Part shown: one piece after another, positions 25,120 through 32,000 of the stretch
Layout: each line of letters begins with the position of its first letter
How positions within the stretch are numbered: the stretch's first letter is position 1
Source of the DNA: Propionibacterium ruminifibrarum
GTDB lineage: Bacteria > Actinomycetota > Actinomycetes > Propionibacteriales > Propionibacteriaceae
Length of the DNA stretch: 32,000 nucleotides
Direction of reading: 5' to 3'
Assembly: GCF_900289195.1 (NCBI RefSeq)
Contig: NZ_OMOH01000001.1
Span: 298,706 to 330,705, forward strand
The notes under the pieces: model-generated
What the model was told of the DNA's origin: nothing
What the model saw: only the letters and a program-made list of their open reading frames with translations
Database searches by the model: none
Position numbers and translations under genes: made by a program

Positions 25120-26616
25120 ATGACCCTTCCGATCACTGACCCCACGGCCACCGAGAAGACCACCTTCGCCGATCTGGGCGTGGCGCCCCCCATCGTCGCA
25201 GCCCTCGCCGACAAGGGCATCGAGCATCCCTTCCCCATCCAGGAGATGGCCATACCGATCGCCCTGGGCGGCGCCGACATGATCGGTCAGGCGCGCACCG
25301 GCACCGGCAAGACCCTCGCCTTCGGCATCCCGATCCTGCAGCGCATCGTCCTGCCGGGCACGAAGGAGGCCGATGAGTTCGAAACCCTCGGCACACCGCA
25401 GGCGCTCGTCATGACGCCCACCCGCGAGCTGGCCATGCAGGTCGCCGATGACCTGGCCGCTGCCGCTGCCAGGGGCCGGGCCCGTATCACCACCATCTAC
25501 GGTGGCGTCGGCTACGACGACCAGCTCAAGGCACTCGCCGAGGGCGTTGACGTCGTCGTCGGCACCCCTGGACGCCTCCTCGACCTCGTGCACCGCCGTG
25601 ACCTCGACCTGTCGCACGTGAGCATCGCCGTTCTCGACGAGGCCGACGAGATGCTCGATCTGGGTTTCCTGCCCGACGTCGAGGCCCTGCTGGACCGTGC
25701 GCCGACGAACCGCCAGACACTGATGTTCAGCGCGACCATGCCGGCCGTCATCATGTCGCTGGCCCGCAGCCGCCTGAACCAGCCGGTGCACATTCGCGCC
25801 GAGAGCCAGAACGCCCAGATGACGGTGCCGCAGACGACCCAGTTCGTCTACCAGGCGCATGACCTCGACAAGCCCGAGATCATCGCCAAGGTCCTTCAGG
25901 CCGATGGCATGCACAAGATGATGGTCTTCACCCGCACCAAGCGCGCCGCGCAGCGCCTGTGCGATGACCTGCGCGACCGTGGTTTCGACGCGGCCGGGCT
26001 GCACGGCGACCTGAACCAGGCCCAGCGCGAGAAGACGATGAAGCGTTTCCGCGAGAACAAGATCACCGTCCTGGTCTGCACCGATGTCGCGGCCCGTGGC
26101 ATCGATGTCGATGACGTCACGCACGTGGTCAACTACGAGGTGCCCGACAGCCCCGAGCAGTACGTGCATCGCATCGGCCGCACCGGTCGGGCCGGTCACG
26201 AGGGGATCGCCGTGACGCTCGTCGACTGGCAGGACGTCACCCGTTGGAAGGTCATCAACAAGGCCCTCGACCTCGATTTCCACGATCCGGTCGAGACCTA
26301 CTCCACGAGTGAGCATCTCTTCACCGACCTCGACATCCCGGCCGGGACCAAGGGCCGGCTGCCCGGGGCCAGGTCACGCGATGAGGTCGAGCGTCGGCAT
26401 CGGGCCGAGCGCGCTGCTGACAAGGACAAGGACCGCGATGGGACGCGCGGTCACCGCGGTCGTGGCGACGGCAAGCATGGCGACGGGAAGAAGCACCGCG
26501 GGGAGAAGAAGGACGGCGAGAAGAAGGCCAGGGACAAGGATCGCAAGGATCGTCCGCGCCGCAAACGCCGCCGTACCCGCAACGGTCACCCGGTCGACAG
26601 GGAGAGCACCGAGTAG
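25120..26616 (+). CDS. DEAD-box ATP-dependent RNA helicase with Lys/Arg/Asp-rich C-terminal tail (498 aa)
   Basis: ORF 24943..26616 trimmed to ATG 25120 after GGAGA. It has the Q motif region FADLGV..GIEHPFPIQ, then AQARTGTGKT, PTRELA, DEADEM, SAT and HRIGRTGRAG. The tail reads KKHRGEKKDGEKKARDKDRKDRPRRKRRR. Confidence 0.93.
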   Translation: MTLPITDPTATEKTTFADLGVAPPIVAALADKGIEHPFPIQEMAIPIALGGADMIGQARTGTGKTLAFGIPILQRIVLPGTKEADEFETLGTPQALVMTPTRELAMQVADDLAAAAARGRARITTIYGGVGYDDQLKALAEGVDVVVGTPGRLLDLVHRRDLDLSHVSIAVLDEADEMLDLGFLPDVEALLDRAPTNRQTLMFSATMPAVIMSLARSRLNQPVHIRAESQNAQMTVPQTTQFVYQAHDLDKPEIIAKVLQADGMHKMMVFTRTKRAAQRLCDDLRDRGFDAAGLHGDLNQAQREKTMKRFRENKITVLVCTDVAARGIDVDDVTHVVNYEVPDSPEQYVHRIGRTGRAGHEGIAVTLVDWQDVTRWKVINKALDLDFHDPVETYSTSEHLFTDLDIPAGTKGRLPGARSRDEVERRHRAERAADKDKDRDGTRGHRGRGDGKHGDGKKHRGEKKDGEKKARDKDRKDRPRRKRRRTRNGHPVDRESTE

Positions 26617-26650
26617 AACGGGCCACGGGGCGGCCCAGGCCGTGGTCGCC

Positions 26651-26691
26651 GGCATTGCCCCGGCGGGATTGACTCCCGCCGGGGCAATGCC
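26651..26691. terminator. Bidirectional terminator hairpin between the convergent helicase and trpS genes
   Basis: Perfect 18-bp stem GGCATTGCCCCGGCGGGA / TCCCGCCGGGGCAATGCC with loop TTGAC. Confidence 0.7.
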
Positions 26692-26733
26692 CGAACCGAG
26701 ACGTCGGCGCGGCGCCCCGACACGAATTCGGGC

Positions 26734-27843
26734 TCAATAGTTCATCTTCATGGCGATGCGCACCTCGTCGAGGGTGGCGTCGGCCACGTCGTTGGCGCGC
26801 TCGTTCCCGGCGTGCAGAACCTCGCGCAGATAGCCGGGGTCTGCGACCAGCTCGGCGCGGCGCGCCCGGATCGGCGCGAAATGATCGTTGAGGGCCTCGG
26901 TGCAGGCCTTCTTCAGACCTCCCCCGCCGCCGTCACCGATCTGCTCGGCCACGGCCTGCGGGCTCTGCCCGCTGGCGAGAGCGGTGAGCAGCACGAGGTT
27001 GGAGACCTCGGGGCGATTCTCGGGATCGTAGGTGATGTGCCGGTCCGAGTCGGTCTTGGCCTTCTTGATGAGCCTGGCCGTCTCGTCAGCGGTCATGCCG
27101 AGCTCGATGGTGTTCCCCCGTGACTTGCTCATCTTCTCCCCGTCCAGGCCGAGGATGGCCGGGGAGGAGCTGAGCAGGGCGTCGGCCTGCGGGAAGACGG
27201 GGGCCTCGGGCACGGCGCGACCGTAGCGCTCGTCGAAGCGGCGGGCGATGAGCCGCGTGACCTCGATGTGCGGCAGCTGGTCCTTGCCGACCGGCACGAG
27301 GTTCGCCTTGCAGAACAGGATGTCTGCGGCCTGGTGCACGGGAAAGGTGAGCATGAGACCACTCATGGCCCGGTTCCCGGAGTGCTCCAGCTCGTCCTTG
27401 ACGGTGGGGTTGCGGTGCAACTCGGGCTCGGTGACCAGGCTCAGGAAGGGCAGCAGCAGCTGGTTGAGCGCGGGGACGGCGGAGTGGGTGAAGATCATCG
27501 TCCGTTCCGGGTCGATGCCGCTGGCCAGGTAGTCGGCGATGCCGCTGTAGACGTTCTCCTGGATGGCGCCGACGCCCTCCCGGTCGTAGATCACCTGGTA
27601 GTCGGCGATGACGAGGAAGGATTCGACGCCGGCGTTCTGCAACCGCACGCGGTTGGCGATGGACCCGAAGTAGTGGCCGATGTGCAGGCGTCCGGTGGGC
27701 CGGTCACCGGTCAGCACGCGGTAGCGCTGCGGGTTCTTCTCGATGTCGGCCTCGATGGCGTCGCTGCGTTCCTGGCTGGCGCGCAACGAGCCATCGGCCG
27801 GATTGGTGACCGTGTTCGTCTCGCCCTTGGTGGTTTCCGGCAT
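26734..27843 (-). CDS. trpS: Tryptophan--tRNA ligase (369 aa)
   Basis: HIGH region TGDRPTGRLHIGHYFGS, then VPVGKDQLPHIEVTRLIARRF and KMSKS (GEKMSKSRGN). SD GGGAAGGGA lies upstream of the ATG. Confidence 0.92.
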   Translation of the reverse strand: MPETTKGETNTVTNPADGSLRASQERSDAIEADIEKNPQRYRVLTGDRPTGRLHIGHYFGSIANRVRLQNAGVESFLVIADYQVIYDREGVGAIQENVYSGIADYLASGIDPERTMIFTHSAVPALNQLLLPFLSLVTEPELHRNPTVKDELEHSGNRAMSGLMLTFPVHQAADILFCKANLVPVGKDQLPHIEVTRLIARRFDERYGRAVPEAPVFPQADALLSSSPAILGLDGEKMSKSRGNTIELGMTADETARLIKKAKTDSDRHITYDPENRPEVSNLVLLTALASGQSPQAVAEQIGDGGGGGLKKACTEALNDHFAPIRARRAELVADPGYLREVLHAGNERANDVADATLDEVRIAMKMNY

Positions 27844-28079
27844 GTTGTCCCTTCCCTGCGCCCTGATCGGCGGCCGCCGAGCATGACGAAGGACCGCCGC
27901 GAGCGGCCGTTGTCGTCAATGGAGAAATGCACGATGGCCGCGTCAGCGGCGCCGCCAGCACCGTGCGCACGCTGCTGGGATGCCCGGGCTCATCTGCATG
28001 CGCTGCAGTCTACTCGCCAGGACCCTGGCCTCGCGGCAGGAACCGGGCATCGGGCAACGTCGCGACGGAGGCCACCGGA

Positions 28080-28961
28080 TCACAACCGGTTGAGAATCTG
28101 CTCGACCGTGCCGAGGTCGCCGCCGCGGGCAATGATGCGCGTGGTGATCTCATGAAGAGCCGATGGCCTGGTCGTCTCGCAGCCGATCTCGTGGCCGGTC
28201 TTCCCCGTGCCGTGGTAGTCCGAGGAGCCGGTCCGGATCAGCCCCAGGCGGCCGCCGAGGTCGAAGAGCATGAGCCGGGTCTCCTGGTCCTGATCGGGGT
28301 GGTCGATCTCGATGCCGTCCAGGTCGTGTTCGCGGACCAGCTGCGTGATGAGTTCGGCCGTGACCTTCTCGCGGTTGCCGCGGATCCACGGGTGGGCGAG
28401 GACCGCGACTCCGTGGGCTGCATGGACGAGATCGATCGCGCGCCCCAGCTCCAGCGTCTCGCGTTCGACGTAGGCGGGGCCGCCGTTGTACAGGTAGGAG
28501 GCGAAGGCATCGTCGCGATCGGTCACGTAGCCCTTGGCGACGAGTGCGTCGGCGATGTGGGGGCGACCGATCGTCACGGCAGCCTGGGCCTGCTCGGCGA
28601 CGTCTGCCTCGGTCAGGTGCATGCCCAGGGCGTCCAGTTTCGCCAGCATGTCACCGACCCGCGTCGCCCGGGACACCCGCATCCGCGCCAGCTCACCGCG
28701 CAGCGGCTCGGCCCAGGGATCACATCCGTAACCGAGCAGGTGCACCTGCGCGTCTTGGCTGTGAGTGCTGATCTCGACGCCGGGCAGCACCGCGACACCG
28801 AAACGACGACCTGCCTCCTCGGCCTCGGTCAGGCCGTCGAAGCTGTCGTGATCGCACAGCGCCACGACCGAGACGCCGCCCCGCTGGGCGGCGCGCACCA
28901 GCATCGTCGGACTGTCGGTGCCGTCTGAGACATTGGAGTGGGTGTGCAGGTCGATTCGCAT
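28080..28961 (-). CDS. PHP-domain metal-dependent phosphoesterase (TrpH/YciV family, 293 aa)
   Basis: MRIDLHTHSNVSDGTDSP..VVALCDHDS..LPGVEIST..VAVLAHPW..GSSDYHG are PHP His/Asp metal-ligand blocks. Confidence 0.88.
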   Translation of the reverse strand: MRIDLHTHSNVSDGTDSPTMLVRAAQRGGVSVVALCDHDSFDGLTEAEEAGRRFGVAVLPGVEISTHSQDAQVHLLGYGCDPWAEPLRGELARMRVSRATRVGDMLAKLDALGMHLTEADVAEQAQAAVTIGRPHIADALVAKGYVTDRDDAFASYLYNGGPAYVERETLELGRAIDLVHAAHGVAVLAHPWIRGNREKVTAELITQLVREHDLDGIEIDHPDQDQETRLMLFDLGGRLGLIRTGSSDYHGTGKTGHEIGCETTRPSALHEITTRIIARGGDLGTVEQILNRL

Positions 28962-29044
28962 GCCTCCATTCTGCCCTCCCCCGCGCCGGGGCCGTCCCCA
29001 ACCATGGCGCCGGCGGGCTCCGCGCGACCCGGCACAATAGGGGC

Positions 29045-29515
29045 ATGGATCTGAATGTTCGTCACGAGTACGCGGCCTCCCCCGACGCCGTGCACGCGAT
29101 GCTCACCTCCCCCGAGTACTTCTCCGGTCTCGGCCAGCGGTCGGGCGCCACCGTCCTGCTCGAGAACCAGGGCAATGTCAGTTCCCTGCAGGTGCAGGCG
29201 AAGGCCCCCGAGCAGGTCAAGGCCATGGTGGGCGAGACGATCAGTCTCAACACCCGCATCCTGTGGGAGCGTGACGGTGAGGGCTGGAAGGGCGTCGCCG
29301 AGGCCGCCAAGCTCAAGGTTCCGGCACAGATCTCCGCCCGCGTCACCGTACAGCCCGGCGGTGCCGGCACCATCGTCGAGTACTTCCTGGCGGTCTCGGT
29401 GACGATTCCCTTCATCGGCAAGAAGGTCGAGCAGATGGCCGAGCCGCGCATCCGCGCGGCGCTCGACGCCCAGAAGGGCAGCGGTGACGCCTGGCTCGCC
29501 GGGCACGGCGACTGA
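29045..29515 (+). CDS. Small conserved protein, probably DUF2505/SRPBCC-like (156 aa)
   Basis: Intact ORF MDLNVRHEYAASPDAVHAMLTSPEYFSGLGQRSGA... CACAAT lies 6 nt upstream of the ATG, so the transcript may be leaderless. The family name is from memory. Confidence 0.6.
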   Translation: MDLNVRHEYAASPDAVHAMLTSPEYFSGLGQRSGATVLLENQGNVSSLQVQAKAPEQVKAMVGETISLNTRILWERDGEGWKGVAEAAKLKVPAQISARVTVQPGGAGTIVEYFLAVSVTIPFIGKKVEQMAEPRIRAALDAQKGSGDAWLAGHGD

Positions 29516-29521
29516 CCACCC

Positions 29522-30076
29522 TCACCGGCGGGGCCCGTCCCGGTGGGCTCCTGGAGCGTCGGTTGCTGAGGCGCACTGGGACACCCAGCCGGCGAGTTCG
29601 CTGACGTCATGCCACAGGAGCGGCTCGCCGAGCAGCTCCTGCACGGCAGCCGCCCCCCAGGCCTCGTCGATGCCCAGCCCGGCCGCCGCCCGCGCGGCTG
29701 CCGTGGTCTCGACCCGGTCATCGTCGGTGAAGAAGGCCTCCACCTGGTTCGGTTCGAGCCGGCTGAGCGTGGCAGCACCGTTGGCCGCATCGGCGCCCGC
29801 GGCCGGCTCGCCGATCGTGGCGGCCGGAACCTGGGCGGACAGCACGAGCCGGCGCCCAGTGCGCGCCAGCGCGCTGACGGACGCCACCTGAAGCGCCGCG
29901 AGCTCAGCCTCCTCACTGGCGGGGGCGACCTCGAAGGTGCGGCACAGGGCATGGTTCGCCACGATGACCGGCAACGGGCCCGGCAGCGGTTGGTGCTGCT
30001 CGCTCAGGCGTCGTACCTGGGCCTCATCGACGGGCACGAACACGATCTGGCGTGTCTCACGGCGCTGGTCACTCAT
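29522..30076 (-). CDS. Conserved actinobacterial hypothetical protein (possibly DUF6912-like, 184 aa)
   Basis: ORF 29522..30109 trimmed to ATG 30076, preceded by GAGGAGG. The sequence IVFVPVDEAQVRRL..EEAELAALQVASVSAL resembles a family seen near secA in actinobacteria. The name is uncertain. Confidence 0.55.
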   Translation of the reverse strand: MSDQRRETRQIVFVPVDEAQVRRLSEQHQPLPGPLPVIVANHALCRTFEVAPASEEAELAALQVASVSALARTGRRLVLSAQVPAATIGEPAAGADAANGAATLSRLEPNQVEAFFTDDDRVETTAAARAAAGLGIDEAWGAAAVQELLGEPLLWHDVSELAGWVSQCASATDAPGAHRDGPRR

Positions 30077-30156
30077 TGGGGCCTCCTCGACCCGAAGTTT
30101 TCCACACATCGTCCGGAGGCTGGCGCAGTGCCCGACTGGCCAGGCAGGCTTGACCC

Positions 30157-30630
30157 ATGGCTGCCCCCACTCCCGCGACCGATGGGCACCGCACCATCTG
30201 GCACTCCGAGGACGGCACGCTGCTCATCAGTGCAAGCCCTGCGCGTCCGCGGACGAACGCGCCCAGCCGGTCCAGCGCCGCGGCGGCATCACGGTTCGCG
30301 CTCGCGCTCGCAGAGGTGCTGGCAGGTCGACGTCCCGCCGCCCAGCTCGCGCCCCTGAGCAGGCCGAGCACCATCAACGAACTCGTCCGCATCCAGGCTG
30401 AGCGTCCCTTCACCGGCGCCCGGCTGCACTCCCTCCACATCGGCAATTCCGCCTCGGCCCGTTCAACCGAGGTCGTCGCCTGCTACGAGTGGCGCCCGGG
30501 CGGAGGTCGTGGCGCCAGGCTCGTGTGCGTCGCCTATCAGATGAGGCGTACCGACAGCGGCTGGGTCTGCCGCGAACTGACGATCGGCGTCCCGAATCTC
30601 GGGCGCGCCGATGCGCACCAGCCCCGGTGA
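30157..30630 (+). CDS. Rv3235-family protein (157 aa)
   Basis: FALALAEVLAGRRPAAQLAPLSRPSTINELVR and a C-terminal ..WVCRELTIG. Both the sequence pattern and the location next to secA fit the Rv3235 family as I remember it. Confidence 0.6.
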   Translation: MAAPTPATDGHRTIWHSEDGTLLISASPARPRTNAPSRSSAAAASRFALALAEVLAGRRPAAQLAPLSRPSTINELVRIQAERPFTGARLHSLHIGNSASARSTEVVACYEWRPGGGRGARLVCVAYQMRRTDSGWVCRELTIGVPNLGRADAHQPR

Positions 30631-30667
30631 ACGGGCACCGGTTCCTGCTGTCGGCGGGCCAGGCGGT

Positions 30668-32000
30668 TCAGCGGACGTTGGGGTTCTTGCCGTGGCAGTG
30701 CTTGAACTTCTTGCCCGAACCGCACGGGCAGGGCTGGTTGCGCCCGACCTTGGCGTAGGGGTCCGTCTCCGCCTCGTCACCGTCGGCGCCGCGCTGTTCG
30801 GCGTCGCCGCTCTCGCCGGGCGCCGAATACGTCATCCTGCTCGGACGCTGATCCTCCAGACCCTTGATGATGGCGCGGACCCTCGGCTGTTCCTGTTCCT
30901 CGTCCTCGTCGGCCCTGGCCGCCCTGCCCAGCAGCGCCGCCGCATCGACGACCCCGCCATCGCCGTCATGCCGCTCGCCCACGACCGGGGAGTCCTGCGT
31001 CTCGACCTCAATGTTGAACAGGTAGCCGACAACCTCCTCCTGGAAGGCGTCGCGCATCGCGTCGAACATATTGGCGCCCTCGCGCTTGTACTCGACGAGC
31101 GGGTCGCGCTGGGCCATGGCGCGCAGGCCGATGCCCTCCCTCAGGTAGTCCATCTCGTACAGGTGGTCGCGCCACTTGCGGTCGAGCACGGTCAGCCAGA
31201 CCTGGCGCTCCAGCTCGCGCATGACGTCCTCACCGAGATTCGACTCGCGGGTGTCGTAGGCCTTCTGGGCGTCCTCCTTGAAGTCGTCGATGAGTTCGGA
31301 GGCCTCCTCCACGTCCACGTAGTCGGACTGGTCCAGACCGACCGGGTAGAGCTGCTTCATGTCGTTCCACAGCGCATCGAGGTCCCACTCGTCGGCGAAG
31401 CCCTGGGTGTGCAGCTTGACGGTGGCGGCGACGACCCGGTCGACCGTCGAACGCAGCATGCCCTCGACGTCGGCGCCCTCGAGCACCGTGCGGCGGTCTC
31501 CGTAGATGACGTGACGCTGGCGGTTCATGACGTCGTCGTACTTGAGGACGTTCTTGCGCATCTCGAAGTTCTGGCCCTCGAGTTGTTTCTGGGCACTCTC
31601 GATCGACTTGGTCAGCATGCGCATCTCAATGGGCTGGTCATCCGGCAGGTTCATGGTGGTCATGACCCGTTCGACGGTGTCCGCCTTGAACAGGCGCAGC
31701 AGGTCGTCCTCGAGGGAGAGGAAGAAACGGCTCTCCCCCGGGTCGCCCTGACGTCCGGAGCGGCCGCGCAGCTGGTTGTCGATGCGCCGGGACTCGTGGC
31801 GCTCGGAGCCGATGACGTACAAGCCGCCCGCCTCGATGACCTCCTCGTGCTCGTCGGCGACCTGCTCGTCGAATTCCTTGATGGCCTTGTCCCACTCCGC
31901 CTCGTAGCCGTCCGGGTCGGAGACGGGGTCGATGCCCTTCTTGCGCAGTTCCTGATCGGCCATGAACTCCGGGTTGCCGCCGAGCATGATGTCGGTGCCT
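30668..32000 (-). CDS. secA: Preprotein translocase ATPase SecA, C-terminal part (partial, continues beyond window end)
   Basis: The frame stays open to the window edge (..[12 protein letters not shown]..). The C-terminal zinc-binding tail is [22 protein letters not shown]. Confidence 0.95.
   Translation of the reverse strand, partial: GTDIMLGGNPEFMADQELRKKGIDPVSDPDGYEAEWDKAIKEFDEQVADEHEEVIEAGGLYVIGSERHESRRIDNQLRGRSGRQGDPGESRFFLSLEDDLLRLFKADTVERVMTTMNLPDDQPIEMRMLTKSIESAQKQLEGQNFEMRKNVLKYDDVMNRQRHVIYGDRRTVLEGADVEGMLRSTVDRVVAATVKLHTQGFADEWDLDALWNDMKQLYPVGLDQSDYVDVEEASELIDDFKEDAQKAYDTRESNLGEDVMRELERQVWLTVLDRKWRDHLYEMDYLREGIGLRAMAQRDPLVEYKREGANMFDAMRDAFQEEVVGYLFNIEVETQDSPVVGERHDGDGGVVDAAALLGRAARADEDEEQEQPRVRAIIKGLEDQRPSRMTYSAPGESGDAEQRGADGDEAETDPYAKVGRNQPCPCGSGKKFKHCHGKNPNVR

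Noticed and set aside
26309-26740. ORFs 26309..26740 (+) and 26321..26737 (-) overlapping the helicase tail and terminator
   Set aside because: They are alternative frames of the Lys/Arg/Asp-rich low-complexity helicase C-terminus. They read through the 18-bp terminator stem and have no domain signal.
27844-28079. T-box riboswitch upstream of trpS
   Set aside because: A UGG and a GAGUAGA string are present, but I could not find the conserved T-box sequence (..GGGUGGNACCGCG..). The closest match is GGUGCUGGCGGCGCC. There is also no terminator/antiterminator pair.
1-32000. tRNA/rRNA genes, CRISPR arrays, IS elements and phage integrases anywhere in the window
   Set aside because: I found no regularly spaced short repeats, no T-loop (GGTTCGAATCC-like) context outside coding sequence, and no transposase or recombinase motifs in any frame inspected. 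The only sizeable repeat is the 0.57-kb direct repeat reported above.

Overview
High-GC (about 68-70% by eye) actinobacterial chromosomal window, densely coding. From memory, its gene order parallels the M. tuberculosis uvrD2 / nudC / adnB-adnA ... TB9.4-rhlE ... Rv3235 ... secA1 neighbourhood. The left 16.6 kb is a DNA double-strand-break processing block. It holds the 5' end of uvrD2 (-), a recC-recB-recD operon (+) with overlapping stop/start codons, and a convergent adnA-adnB-nudC operon (-). The 127-bp uvrD2/recC gap carries two mirror-oriented RecA-NDp/PafBC-type promoter motifs (TGTCGGTG-8nt-TAAGGT and TGCCGGTG-8nt-TAAGGT). Each lies exactly 7 nt from its ATG, which is leaderless geometry, and a weaker motif with the same geometry abuts the adnA ATG. 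The middle (16.6-22.1 kb) encodes two Fe-S flavoenzymes (OYE barrel + 4Fe-4S + FAD/NAD domain). Their upstream regions form a diverged direct repeat of about 0.57 kb with a 3137-bp period. That repeat brackets a low-GC, probably foreign, gene copy, a truncated pseudogene stub and a structured non-coding spacer. The right part encodes cspA, an atypical PP2C phosphatase, DUF3107, a ferritin-like protein, a DEAD-box helicase, trpS, a PHP phosphoesterase, three small conserved actinobacterial proteins and the 3' end of secA. I recognised no tRNA/rRNA, CRISPR array, transposase or integrase. All names rest on motif recognition by eye, not on database searches. Start codons are chosen from context and several are uncertain.
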